Shown in pieces: positions 39,173-49,527 of a stretch of DNA of 64,000 bases. The position numbers and the translations under genes were made by a program. The stretch is from an uncultured Chthonomonas sp. (lineage in GTDB: Bacteria; Armatimonadota; Chthonomonadetes; Chthonomonadales; CAJBBX01): the NCBI GenBank assembly GCA_903951425.1, contig CAJBBX010000083.1, positions 48,286 to 112,285 of the forward strand, in the 5' to 3' direction. Each line of letters begins with the position of its first letter. Positions within the stretch are counted from its first letter, which is position 1. The notes below the pieces were generated by a model. It had not been told where the DNA came from. It saw only the letters and a program-made list of their open reading frames with translations, and searched no databases.

Positions 39173-40768
39173 CTACTCGCGCCGCGAGATCGTCACTGCG
39201 GCTGAGGCCTGCGTGGCGGGGAGGCCGAACGTGACGTAACGGCGCTCGCCGATCCTGTGTACCCTGGATCGCAGAGGGGTCGTTCCCAGTTGAACTTGCG
39301 CCGCCGGCCATGCCGCCGGGAGGAGCATGCGCACCCTCGCTGCACACCGTAGCGGAGTGTCGATGCGGAGGGTGCGCGGCCCGATTGCGGCCGGAGCGCC
39401 TACTCTCACCCGAAGCGGATGCTCGCCGATCCGGCATGCGATTTCGCCGGAGCCTTCCAGCGACGGTTCGATGCACAACATCCGCGCGGGGGCGTCGTAG
39501 CGGATACCGAACAGCCCCTCAACGAGCGCCTGAATGTAGGACGACGAGGCGCCCGCGTAGTGGAAGGCGCCCTTGCGCGAACCGACGGCGTCGTCCTCGT
39601 AGTACTCCGCGAAGCCGCCGTCGCGGCCGGCCACCTCGGCCTGGGCGCGGAGCATCCGCCGCGCGAGGGCCGGATACCCCAGCCGGTAGAGGGCGATGGG
39701 GTACTTGTTGGAGAACCAGGTCCAGACGTCGCCGTTGTGGTAGCCCCCGCCGTCGAAGATGCCGTTGCGGCAGAAGAAGCCGTCAGGATAGGGTGGTGCG
39801 ACCATCCGGCCCCAGACCTTCAGGCCCTATTCGCTCTTCGCGATCGACTGCATGAGCCGCCCTGCGCGCGTCGCGCTGTCCGGTATCTCGTAGACCAGCG
39901 CCATCATGTTGTCGACTACCGGGAAGCGCGTGTCGCTCCGGACGGCGCAGGCCTGCATGGCGGCATCCGTGGTCACCGGGGTGCGCAGGATGGCAGGCTC
40001 ATAGCGCCCCCTTGCCTTGATCCAGAGATGCCGGTTGATGGCCCCGCGCAGTTCGGCGGACCTGGCCCGGCAGCTCCGGGCCTCCGCGTTCGCGCCGAGG
40101 TCGGCCTCCAGCTCCGATGCCTCCCGGTACGCCGCCACATACAGGATGTTGAAGTAGACGTGCGCCGTGGTGCGCGGCACGGCATGGTCGATGCTCACGT
40201 CGCTGTTGGGAGGTCCGTATGTCGCGAGGATGAGGCCGGTCCCGGCATCGCGCCGAACCTCCAGCGATGCCAGCGCCCTGCGGACGGCGGGAAGCTGCTG
40301 CACCACGAAGCTACGGTCTGCGTAGCACTTCCAGAGCACATGGCAGGCGTGCGTGAAGGTGTAGGCGCTTTCCATGTCGCGGTTCTGCTTGCGGTCCTGC
40401 GCCAGATCGTACCGGACACCGAAGTCCGGCACGCCCTCCTTGCCCCAGAAGGCCATGGGTATATTGCCGTCCGGCTCTTGGGCTGCGGCGAACTTCGTCA
40501 CGACGGCGCGCAGGCGGTCCCGGCAGTCGGCGCCCGTATACCTGTAGGCGTCCGCCGTGAAGACACTGTCCGTAAGCCAGATGCCGTCGTAGTGGCCGAC
40601 CGAGTCCGGCACGAATGCCGGCCCGCTCCGGCAGGCATCGATATCCCGCACCGCGATGGAGGCGGCGCGGCTCAACGCGGGCTCAACGGTGACCGAGAAG
40701 TCGCTCGCGGAATCGGGCAGCGCCGCGCAAGCAAGGGTCGCGATCGCAAGAGCACAGAGCGTGAGCAC
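39173..40768 (-). pseudogene. Secreted (alpha/alpha)6-barrel glycoside hydrolase-like gene interrupted by an in-frame TAG at 39829-39827
   Basis: ORFs 39827-40846 and 39173-39805 share a frame: AKSE*GLKVWGRMVAPPYPD; motifs YDGIWLTD, YHNGDVW, FAEYY, LVEGLFGI. GTG start at 40768 after GGGAG. Confidence 0.72.
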
Positions 40769-40872
40769 CGGGTGCGCTCCCTTCCGGGCGTGGCCGAACC
40801 GCCGCGCCTTCGGCAGAGTATAGCCAACGGGGACGTCGGTCGACACGAGGGGCAGACGCGGTCCGGCCGAAT

Positions 40873-41139
40873 CTACTCCCTGACCCTCCGCAGCACCGGC
40901 ACGGTGGCCAGGCCGAAGGCGTCACGGCCGTCGACCGGGAGCCGCGCGCCCTTCTCGGCGAACCGGTAGGTGCGGCCGGTCAGCGGCCCGTCCACGGTCA
41001 GGGCGGTGGCGCCGATGTACTCAAACTCGACCGCAGACGACACGTCCAGGCTCGCCGGACGCACGGTCGCCCGGACGCTTGGGGTTCCTACGGAGACGGC
41101 GCGGCGGGCTTCACCGCAGCATGGCCTATTGCTTCCCAT
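40873..41139 (-). CDS. Small hypothetical protein with an N-terminal CCG motif
   Basis: MGSNRPCCG...FEYIGATALTVDGPLTGRTYRF...VDGRDA; overlaps the upstream gene by 14 bp. Confidence 0.75.
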   Translation of the reverse strand: MGSNRPCCGEARRAVSVGTPSVRATVRPASLDVSSAVEFEYIGATALTVDGPLTGRTYRFAEKGARLPVDGRDAFGLATVPVLRRVRE

Positions 41140-41464
41140 CGGGGGGATCCTCGGTGTAGGTGATCGGCGGCGACACGGCCTCGTCGCGCGACGTGACCCG
41201 TTCCAGCAGGATGGCGCCGGCCGAGAACGCGAGCCACAGGAGGCCGCGCATGAGCCGATCGCGCCCGATGATGAGCGCGAACGGCGCCGATACCCAAAGG
41301 CTCAGGCACTGGAAGCAGTCCATCAACTGCCCCCAGAAGCCTGAGCCCGCGGCCTTGCGTAGTGCGACCAGCACCCGCCCCGGGCCGTCCTCGGCGTTCA
41401 GCAGATGCGTGATCCGCCAAACGCCGAGTATGCCCAGTGTGAGGGCCAGGTAACCCGGCTCCAT
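41126..41464 (-). CDS. DUF1360-like small membrane protein with CxxC
   Basis: WRITHLLNAEDGP and GQLMDCFQCLSLW; three hydrophobic segments. Confidence 0.8.
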   Translation of the reverse strand: MEPGYLALTLGILGVWRITHLLNAEDGPGRVLVALRKAAGSGFWGQLMDCFQCLSLWVSAPFALIIGRDRLMRGLLWLAFSAGAILLERVTSRDEAVSPPITYTEDPPDGKQ

Positions 41465-41475
41465 GTGGCTGACGG

Positions 41476-43674
41476 CTACGCGTCGATCACAGCGAATTTC
41501 CAGTAGTCGTAGCTGTAGACCGGGCTGGGGCAGTCATACTGCCAGTCGGCTGGGCCGAAGCCGCCGTCGCCTCCTGCGGGGCTGAAGGCTCGGCTGTTGA
41601 CCCTCAGCGAGAAGTCGTAGGCGCCCTGCAGGCTTGCGGCGCCCAGAGTGAAGATCGCGGACCGCGTGATGTTGTTGTCGAACGGTCCCGTGTGCCAGTG
41701 GGTGTAGGGGCTCTGCGAGACGCCTGCCACGGACGCCGGAGAGGCCGGGTCCGACCAGGCCGTCGGGGCCAGCTGGTTCAGCGCCCCGCCGCCGCATCCG
41801 GTGCCCCACAGGATCATGTCGCGCAGGTGCAGCGCGGATGCCTGGTAGGTCACCCGGAACTCAAGCCCGACGCCGTGCGGCCGATGGACGATGGCGCACG
41901 TCCTGGATAGGGCCGGATGGCCGTTCCAGCCGGTTTCGCCGGCAGAGCGCCAGCGGATCTCCGCGATCATCGCCGTGGGAGCGGTGTTGTCGACGTAGAG
42001 CCGCACCGGCGACGTCTGCGAGCCCGCGATGAGCGCCTTGCCGGCTGTGGCGAACTCCATCTGGACCTTGTAGACGCCCGGCGCTCCCGAGGGCCAGTTC
42101 AGCAGGAGCCGCGCCGGCATCCACCCGGCGGCCACGGGGAGGATGTCGTACCAGCCGTTGGCGTCCGGAGTGACCGTGAGGCCCTCCAGGTGCCCCGGCG
42201 CTCCGACCCAGCGCCAGAGCGGCCACGTGAGGTCCTTGAAGACGACCGACGCGCTCTCGACCCCGCCCGGCGGCTGGTGCGTGTAGCGCAGGCGGTAGTA
42301 CTTAGCGCTCTCGCGCTCGTTGCATCCGTAGAGCTGGAGGACGCCTGTGAACGGCGCGGTGGAAGCCGTGCCGAGCGGAGGCTCGATCGCGGGATCGGCC
42401 GTCGCGTGCGGCGGGTTCGGCCGCTGGGCGTATCCCGTTCCGTTGTCGATGTAGGGTGCGGCGCTGGGCAGGTTATGCAGCGGGTACAGGCCTGCGAGCA
42501 CGATGGCCGGGGTCTTGCAGGGCACCTCGACCTCGCCGCACATCGGGCTGTCCGCCGGGACCGGCGACGCGATCGCCACCGGAGACGCGATGATCTTCAC
42601 GTCCGGAATGGAGCCGGAGTCCCACCGGACGTCGCCGAACCCTTCGGAGTAGATGGTCTCGAGGTCGCCGTCGCCGTCCACATCCTGGCTCACCTTGATG
42701 GTGATGTCCGGCACGTCCAGGATGCGTTGCCATACCGGCACGATGTGCGTATGGCACCGGATGAACGGGCCGATCCATCGGTTGGCATCGACCTTGCCGA
42801 GAAGGTCGGCGATCTCACCAGCGACCCCGAGCGCCTCGGCGATTGGAGCCGCCGCGCCCTTGATCCGCGTCACGGCCAGCGCGTCGGGCATGGGGGGCGG
42901 TATGGGAGCCGCGAACGCCGGCTGGTCGAGCGTCGATGAACGAACCGCGGCGCGTGTCCCCGCCTTCAGCACCGGCGCCGCACGAAGCCCGGCGACCTGC
43001 TCCCTGCCGAGCAGGGGCTCCAGATGCTGCAGCACCGTCTCGTTGAGGAACGGTAGCGGGTCGGGATCGGGGCCCGGCCATCGGATCGGGGGCCATGGAC
43101 CGGGCTGCGGGATCAGCTCGGGCGGGATCACATGCTCGATGATATCCCAGATCGTCGGCTTGCGGAACATGACCGGGTAGCAGTGGCGAACCGCCCGCCA
43201 TCGGAGCACCCAGTCGATGTCGAACGACGGCACCCAGATGCAGAACCGGCCGCAGGCGTCGGTGGTCGTGGTTCCGATGACCTCGCGGTGGCTCCAGAAG
43301 GGGAAGTGCCAGACCCACGGGTGGCCGGGGGGTGCGAACGCGAGGAAGTGGCAGTCGGTGTCCTCAACCTCGACCGTGGCATGGGGCACGGGGTAATCGA
43401 CCCCGGTGGCCGGGTCCTTCTTGACGACCTGCCCGCAGACGCGTCGGAAACGCAGCAGGTCGGGATCGATGCGCCACTTGAACTTCTCGGCGATCTGCCC
43501 GATCGTGCCCTCTCTGATCTCGGCCACCGGCAACCCGGCCATCGAGGCCAGCCTCGCGGCCTGTGCTTTGGTGATCCTCGTAGAGTCGGGTGAGACTGGA
43601 CTGGTCTGGGCGGTCCCGTTGGCGGCGCCGTCCCTGCCGGCTGCGGAGAGCGCTTTCGTGTCGGTCTTGCTCAT
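41476..43674 (-). CDS. Large Cys/Trp/Pro-rich hypothetical protein with a carboxypeptidase-regulatory-like N-terminal beta domain
   Basis: RBS AGGAGG before ATG 43674; RVCGQV, ATVEVEDTDC, TTDACGRF, PGPDPDP, DVDGDGD; no signal peptide. Confidence 0.8.
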   Translation of the reverse strand: MSKTDTKALSAAGRDGAANGTAQTSPVSPDSTRITKAQAARLASMAGLPVAEIREGTIGQIAEKFKWRIDPDLLRFRRVCGQVVKKDPATGVDYPVPHATVEVEDTDCHFLAFAPPGHPWVWHFPFWSHREVIGTTTTDACGRFCIWVPSFDIDWVLRWRAVRHCYPVMFRKPTIWDIIEHVIPPELIPQPGPWPPIRWPGPDPDPLPFLNETVLQHLEPLLGREQVAGLRAAPVLKAGTRAAVRSSTLDQPAFAAPIPPPMPDALAVTRIKGAAAPIAEALGVAGEIADLLGKVDANRWIGPFIRCHTHIVPVWQRILDVPDITIKVSQDVDGDGDLETIYSEGFGDVRWDSGSIPDVKIIASPVAIASPVPADSPMCGEVEVPCKTPAIVLAGLYPLHNLPSAAPYIDNGTGYAQRPNPPHATADPAIEPPLGTASTAPFTGVLQLYGCNERESAKYYRLRYTHQPPGGVESASVVFKDLTWPLWRWVGAPGHLEGLTVTPDANGWYDILPVAAGWMPARLLLNWPSGAPGVYKVQMEFATAGKALIAGSQTSPVRLYVDNTAPTAMIAEIRWRSAGETGWNGHPALSRTCAIVHRPHGVGLEFRVTYQASALHLRDMILWGTGCGGGALNQLAPTAWSDPASPASVAGVSQSPYTHWHTGPFDNNITRSAIFTLGAASLQGAYDFSLRVNSRAFSPAGGDGGFGPADWQYDCPSPVYSYDYWKFAVIDA

Positions 43675-44086
43675 GGCTCCGAGCCTCCTGTGGGAGGAAT
43701 GGCTGCGCCGGCGGTCTCTGCCGATCGCATCGGTCACAGCCGGGTTGAGGCTGGCGGCCGACGGCAGGCGCCACACGGTGGCAGTGGCTTCCTGTCGTTG
43801 CCGGTCGTCAGGTCGTTCCGTTCCGTACGTGCTGAGGTCAGATGTCCTGCTGATCGAGATCAGAGCGGCTAGAGCGATATGTTGAAACAGCTCAGACCAT
43901 ACTACGCAGTCCGACCGCACGGGAATGGCTACATAAGTCCCCGAATGGGAGTTGGCTAGGTACCGGGGGGCTTGTTGCTGTCGTCTGCCCGGATACGAGC
44001 CGAGCCCTGTGCACGGGTACACACAGGAGATCGGCGGCGGGCGGCGAACCATTGGCTCGAGCCAATCCCCCACGGAGCCACCGCCC

Positions 44087-46108
44087 ATGACCGCCACTGC
44101 CTGCCACGCCGTCCTGACCGCGCTGATGCTTGCGGGCGCCCTCCTCTGTGCCGTGCGGCCGGTGGCCGCTGCGCCGAGGATGGAGCCCAAGTTCTGCAAC
44201 TTGATCTTCGCAGACACGGAATCGGACCAGACCGGGCTGCGGCGCTTCATCGACGGCGCACGGGCGCGCAAGCTGGAGGGGCGCCTTAAGCTGACGCTGT
44301 TGCTCCATTCCGACACCGCCCGGGCCGACAAATCTGGCAGTCGGGCCTTCTACCGAGAGATGGCGGACCAGGGCCACGAGATCGGCGTCTTCTTCGCCGA
44401 TGCCCGGCCCATCGTAGCCGCCTGGCTGGGGCTGCCCGAGGAGCGCATCACGACGGTGGGCTTCCAGCTCTTCGGCGACGTGGACGTCGAGGAGCAGGCT
44501 CGGGCTACGCAGCGAGGGTTCACGGCATCGGTGAACGCATGCATCGAGGGCGACTCGTTCGTGGAGGAGCGCTGGGACATACCGCATAACTGGGAGGGCG
44601 CGCCCTACCTGCCCTACTGGGTGCAGTGGGACGCCGCGAGGCCCGAGACGACGGCCCGCGTGAACCGCGAACTGACGAAGCGGCGGGCCACGCTGGAGTT
44701 GCAGTGGGCCACGCGCACCATGTGGCACAACTACGACCGCATCTGCCTGCCCCAGTGCTTCCACTTCGGCGAGCCCGTGAAGCACAGCCAGTGGCCCATC
44801 CAGCAGCTTTCGCGGCGCGGCGACATCGGATGGTGGAAGGCGGAGGTGGCCGAGCTGGAGGCCAACCTGGCCGCCGGGCGCACGCCGCTGCTCTATCTGA
44901 ACACCGCGTCCGAGGCCAACGTCTTCGTGCCAGGCGGCCCCTGGACGCCTATGCTGGATACCGACGAGGCGCTGGAGTGCGCGCTGGACCTTGCGGAGTA
45001 CCTGATCCAGCGGGGCTGGCAACTTGTGACCGTGCAGCAGTTCGTGGACTGGTTCTCGGCCCGGTGGCCCTGCCCGTCGGCGCCGTCGGCCGCCTACCTG
45101 ATGAAGGACACGCTGGCCGGCCTGGTGGACAAGCAGGGCCTGGCTATCCCGTCGCATGGGCGGTTGCTCCACGCCGAGACGCGCCATTTCCAGGTGATCG
45201 ACCATGAGAACCGCATGTCGCCGGAGATGGTGGTGGCCTACGACCTCGCCACCCCGAACCTGCTGCGCGGCGGGTACACCTTCGGCGACCCGGCGGTACA
45301 CGGTGCGGGCCAGAACCCCGGCCAGTATGCGGCCACTACAGGCAACGCGCTCTTCTGGAGCCCCTCGCCTCCGCTGGCCAACGCCAAGGGCGAGCCCTTC
45401 TACCATGTCAACAAGCCCGCGGCGGCCCGCGACCGCACTTTCACCCTCTACGTCGGCGATGAGTGGGCGCCATACCAGTTCGCGGCGGCCCGCTTCACCC
45501 GGGTGCGACGGATCGGCTCCGAAGTGCGCTGGACCAAGGAGATGGCCCGGCCCGTGGCGGGGTCCGACGTGCGGCTGCGCATGACGCATCGACTGGTGGG
45601 AGAGCAGCATCGGGTGCGCGTGGAGGTGCTGGGCAAGGGCGCCCTGGACAAGCCAGTCCGGCTCCGCCTGAGCCCCATGTTCCATCAGGGCTGGGACCGC
45701 GACTACCGCCGGGAGGCTCCGCCCTCGGACTCTATCGCCGATCCGGCTACGGCCGGCCAGGAGCGCAACGTCTTTGGCCATGCGGCGGGGGTGGAGTTCG
45801 CCTATTCGGAGAGCAACGCGGAGCGCACCGTTCGGCGTGTACCGCTGCCCCGCGGAGCGTGCCGCATCGGCTTGTTCAACCGGAACCCGGGCCACGCGCC
45901 GGGGTCGCCGGGATGGACCGTCGACGACAACCCCGACATGAACCGCGGCGTCACCCTATCCCTTCGCGCCGAGCGGGGAGCCTCCGTGGCGTTCATCGAC
46001 GAGCCGGGCCCGGGCAAGTACGTCACGGTGGAAGTGGAGTTCGGCGCCCATCGCGCGGGACAAGCGTACGAGTTCACGTTCACATACCGGCATGGGGATG
46101 TGAGGTGA
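44087..46108 (+). CDS. Secreted hypothetical protein, weakly polysaccharide-deacetylase-barrel-like
   Basis: Long ORF with host-like codon bias, signal peptide, GHEIG motif. Confidence 0.65.
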   Translation: MTATACHAVLTALMLAGALLCAVRPVAAAPRMEPKFCNLIFADTESDQTGLRRFIDGARARKLEGRLKLTLLLHSDTARADKSGSRAFYREMADQGHEIGVFFADARPIVAAWLGLPEERITTVGFQLFGDVDVEEQARATQRGFTASVNACIEGDSFVEERWDIPHNWEGAPYLPYWVQWDAARPETTARVNRELTKRRATLELQWATRTMWHNYDRICLPQCFHFGEPVKHSQWPIQQLSRRGDIGWWKAEVAELEANLAAGRTPLLYLNTASEANVFVPGGPWTPMLDTDEALECALDLAEYLIQRGWQLVTVQQFVDWFSARWPCPSAPSAAYLMKDTLAGLVDKQGLAIPSHGRLLHAETRHFQVIDHENRMSPEMVVAYDLATPNLLRGGYTFGDPAVHGAGQNPGQYAATTGNALFWSPSPPLANAKGEPFYHVNKPAAARDRTFTLYVGDEWAPYQFAAARFTRVRRIGSEVRWTKEMARPVAGSDVRLRMTHRLVGEQHRVRVEVLGKGALDKPVRLRLSPMFHQGWDRDYRREAPPSDSIADPATAGQERNVFGHAAGVEFAYSESNAERTVRRVPLPRGACRIGLFNRNPGHAPGSPGWTVDDNPDMNRGVTLSLRAERGASVAFIDEPGPGKYVTVEVEFGAHRAGQAYEFTFTYRHGDVR

Positions 46109-46202
46109 GGCGGAGGTGGATGGGCTCACCAACACGGCCCGAGCCGTCCAGCTCGGGTGGGGTACCAGGGCAGGAATCCTACATACCTCATCGGACGCCA
46201 CC

Positions 46203-46519
46203 ATGAAGAAGCTGATGTTCGTCGGGGCCAGCCAGGATGATCTGCGCGACTTCCCTTCGGAGGCGCGGCGCCAGGCCGGGTTCGAGCTGTTCGCGTCCAG
46301 CTGGGCCTCTCGCCGTCGGACTGGAAGCCCATGGATGCAGTCGCGCCTGGCGTCCGCGAACTGCGCCTGCATGTGCTCGGGGAATGGCGTGTGGTCTACG
46401 TTGCGGCGCTTGCCGACGCGGTCTATGTGCTGCACTGCTTCCGCAAGAGGGCTCGAAAGACACCGCAGGCCGAGCTGGAGTTGGCTCGCCGGCGTTACCG
46501 GCAGATAGGGGATCGATGA
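46203..46519 (+). pseudogene. RelE/HigB (Gp49-like) toxin with a 1-nt frameshift near 46295
   Basis: MKKLMFVGASQDDLRDFP...GFELFA continues in the shifted frame as VQLGLSPSDWKPM...GVRELR...VYVLHCFRKRARKT. Confidence 0.85.
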
Positions 46520-46821
46520 TGGACGAACCTATGGTTGAGTCCAGCGGCAACGTGTTTGCGGACCTCGGCTTCGCCCCCGATGAGGCGGCCGTCCTGCAGA
46601 TGAGGGCAGCCCTTATGAGCGACCTCCGCGAGTACCTGAGCGCCACTGGGATGACACACGACCAGGCGGCCTCGGCGTTGCATCTCACCCGATCGCGCGT
46701 CGGCGACCTTGTGGCGGGTCGGTGGGAGAAGTTCAGCCTTGAGTCGCTAGTCTCGCTTGAAGGCCAGGCTCTCAAGGCCCGTAACCCTCCAGTTCGCCTG
46801 ACGTGCATATCCCTACGGTAG
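46516..46821 (+). CDS. XRE-family HTH antitoxin (HigA-like)
   Basis: SSGNVFADLG, AASALHLTRSRVGDL, KFSLESL; ATGA overlap with the toxin stop. Confidence 0.88.
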   Translation: MMDEPMVESSGNVFADLGFAPDEAAVLQMRAALMSDLREYLSATGMTHDQAASALHLTRSRVGDLVAGRWEKFSLESLVSLEGQALKARNPPVRLTCISLR

Positions 46822-46975
46822 CTGTCCGTGATCGGCCGTGCCTGCCCAACGTGGCCGGCCGCGACAGGGCCTGGGCGAGCCGGTTAACCCAGAGAAGACG
46901 ATAGAATCGGTCGTGGGCCGCTACCATGGCGACCGGCAGGTCCCGACAACCGTGTCGTCGGAAGGAGGCGCTCCG

Positions 46976-47307
46976 ATGACCTGCACAATAGACATCACCA
47001 GGGAGCAAGAGGAGGCCGTGCGGCTCAGGGCGTCCCACCTTGGCCTTGACCTGGCAGGCTATCTGGCTCGCTTGATCGATGCCGATACCGGGCGCGCCGG
47101 CGACGAGGCCAGCCGGCAAGCCTGCAGCTGATCCGTCTGTGGCAGGCCGAGGATGACGCCATGCCGGCCCAAGAGGCCGAGCAGGCAGAGGCTGACTGGC
47201 GGGAGCTACAGGCCGGGCTGAACGCGAACCGGGCCGCCACCGGCGAGAGACCCCTGTTCCCGTGGCACGCAGCGTGGTATTGGACACGGGGCCTCTCGGT
47301 CTGGTGA
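46976..47307 (+). pseudogene. Putative antitoxin of a PIN toxin, with a 1-nt frameshift near 47121
   Basis: RBS AAGGAGG; MTCTIDITREQEEAVRLRA... continues in the shifted frame as LQLIRLWQAED...LNANRAATGERPLFP, abutting the PIN start. Confidence 0.65.
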
Positions 47308-47520
47308 CGCAGCGCCGGGGCAAGTCCTACGGCGCAGTTCTGAGCGCAGACACGTGCCTCAGGTCTGCCGACTGCGGCACGGGATGCCCTCGACGCCGAA
47401 ATCATCCTGGCGGCTCAGGTGACGCTGTTGGCCGCTCCCGATGCCGTGGTAGCTACTTCCAACCCGGCTCATCCGGACCGCTTTGTTGACTCTCAGGAGT
47501 GGTCCGACATCGACCCGTAG
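47262..47520 (+). pseudogene. PIN-domain (VapC-like) toxin remnant with an internal deletion and a nonsense codon
   Basis: N-terminus VVLDTGPLGLVT joins out of frame near 47328 to AQF*AQTRASGLPTAARDALDAEIILAAQ...VVATSNPAH..RFV...WSDI; TGA at 47341. Confidence 0.8.
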
Positions 47521-47535
47521 GCCCTCTTCCCCCTC

Positions 47536-49263
47536 CTACTTCGCCACCATCTGGGCCTTGAAGACCTGGATGCCCAGCGTGCGGTCGTCGTTGGCGGTGG
47601 CCGTCTTGCCGGGCACCCAGGCCTTCACGGTGATCTTGAGCTCCGCCTCCGCCTTTCCGGCGGTGAGCGCCTTGGGGATGCGGAACTTCAGTTCCTGCGC
47701 GCCGGCCTTGTCAAGCTTCACGCTCTCGCCGCCCACGATGGCCACGAGGTTGGTCGGGTCGGCCTTGGTGACCGATACCCATAGCGTCAGCTCGTAGTCT
47801 GTATCAGGCAGCACGGGCAGGCGCAGGCCCGCCTGAGCCATACTCCAACGATAGCCCTTGGCGCCGCCGGGGCCGTTCGGCGAAGGCTCGGGGCCGTTCC
47901 ATTGGCCGGTGAGGTACTCGTCGCTGTCACCCAGGCCCAACTCGATGGAGTAGGCCTTTGAGGCGGCCAGCGGCGAGGGGTAGGGTTCGTTGTCGCGGAT
48001 GATGGCCTTCTGAGCCGGGTCCTCGATCAGCACGCCGTTGGAGCCGTTGTTGCCGGTGATGATGGCGTGGCGCACGCCCGCGCCGAGCCGGATGCCCAGC
48101 TTGCCCACGAAACTGCTGCCCTGCACCTGTAGCCGGCCCGAGCGCGCATCAATGGCGGGCAGGCCCTCAGCCTTGGCGTCCCATCCGCTGAAGTAGCACC
48201 CCGTGAAGCCCACGAACGAGCGGCCGCGCAGGTCGGCGACGGTGCGGAAGCTGCCCCAGTAGTTGCAGTTTACCAACCGCACCTGGCCGGTACAGGTCTC
48301 GCTAACCACCAGGCCCCGGGGGTTCGTGCCGTTGAACGAGACGAACTGGCCGTTGGTGATGAGCAGGCCCATGGGCTGCACCTGGTCAACCTGCACCGCC
48401 ACCTGCGATGCGTCGGACCCATTCCCGGTGAACTGGCCGTTGCAGGCGCCCGCCTTCGTCTCGATGAAGCGGTAGCCGATGTTGGTGGGGAAGACGAAGT
48501 TGTTCGTCACGAACTCCCAGTCGGTGCGGCCGAAGACGAAGGCCTCGAGGTTCTTCCACATGAACTCGAAGACAGGTTCCCAGGCGCCGCCCACAGAGGG
48601 GTCTGACCACCAGTGGCAGTGGAACTGAACGTTTTCGACCCGGCCGATATCGCTGCAGGCGTCGATGAAGATGCCGCGCCGGAGAGCGCATCCGTAGACG
48701 CTCCGTATGCGGTGCCGCACGTTGCCCTCAGGCCCAACCCGGATGGCGTTGTAGCTGTTGATCAGCGTGACGTTCTCCACGGTGTTGTCGCCGCCCTGCA
48801 GGTGGAAGGTCCAGGAGTAGGGCCGAATGGCCGTGGGCTTCTGCTCGGGGTAGTAGACCGTGAGGCCCTGAACCGTGGAGCAGTCGCCCATCTCGAAGAG
48901 CGCCGGACCGTCCTCCTTGTCGCGCCCGCCCGTTGCGAGGACCACGCTGCCCAGCAGCGGCTTGATGTAGAGCGGCGCCACCGCGACGCCCACCAGGGCC
49001 ACGCCGGGCTTCACGCTCAGGCTGCCGGACACCAGGTACTTGCCCGCCGCCAGCCGCACCTGTCCGCCCTTCTCGGCGGCCTTGTCGATGGCGGCCTGGA
49101 TGGCCTTGGTGCAGTCGGTGACGCCGTCGGCTTTGGCGCCGAACGCCTCCGCTTCGTAGGTGCCGCCCAGCGCCGGCGGCGCCGGGGCAGGAGGCGCCTG
49201 CTGCGCCGAACACGGCGCGAGCGAGGCGAGTGCGAGTGCGAGGATAAGCACGGTTGCGGTCAT
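47536..49263 (-). CDS. Secreted pectate-lyase-3 / GH28-related beta-helix protein with a C-terminal beta-sandwich
   Basis: FGAKADGVTDCTKAIQAAID, GKYLV, DIGRVENVQF. Confidence 0.8.
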   Translation of the reverse strand: MTATVLILALALASLAPCSAQQAPPAPAPPALGGTYEAEAFGAKADGVTDCTKAIQAAIDKAAEKGGQVRLAAGKYLVSGSLSVKPGVALVGVAVAPLYIKPLLGSVVLATGGRDKEDGPALFEMGDCSTVQGLTVYYPEQKPTAIRPYSWTFHLQGGDNTVENVTLINSYNAIRVGPEGNVRHRIRSVYGCALRRGIFIDACSDIGRVENVQFHCHWWSDPSVGGAWEPVFEFMWKNLEAFVFGRTDWEFVTNNFVFPTNIGYRFIETKAGACNGQFTGNGSDASQVAVQVDQVQPMGLLITNGQFVSFNGTNPRGLVVSETCTGQVRLVNCNYWGSFRTVADLRGRSFVGFTGCYFSGWDAKAEGLPAIDARSGRLQVQGSSFVGKLGIRLGAGVRHAIITGNNGSNGVLIEDPAQKAIIRDNEPYPSPLAASKAYSIELGLGDSDEYLTGQWNGPEPSPNGPGGAKGYRWSMAQAGLRLPVLPDTDYELTLWVSVTKADPTNLVAIVGGESVKLDKAGAQELKFRIPKALTAGKAEAELKITVKAWVPGKTATANDDRTLGIQVFKAQMVAK

Positions 49264-49527
49264 GGCTCCAGCCTCCTTGGGCGGCGACGGCGCGGTCCCG
49301 GGTGGACGAATCTGCCCAGACCATAGGTTCGCCGGAGCTACTCACCCCTCCTGCATGTACCACAAGCAGGACTTTGGTCCACATGACGTCGTGTATCAGG
49401 CTCCTGTGCCCCTACCTCCACGTAGGTGCGAGGCGTAGGATTATCCGGGGTGTGAGTGCCCCACCGCTCGACTGCGGCTTGGCCGCTCATTTCGATCAGG
49501 CGTACATCTGCATTCAGGAGGCTTGTG

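Noticed and set aside
39827-39829. Pyrrolysine or genome-wide TAG recoding
   Set aside because: TAG ends many intact genes here (dnaA, GH16, RCC1, SBBP) and no pyl genes are present in the window.
43675-44086. Riboswitch in the long intergenic region before the DUF1360-like operon
   Set aside because: No known aptamer consensus or convincing long stems recognised by eye.
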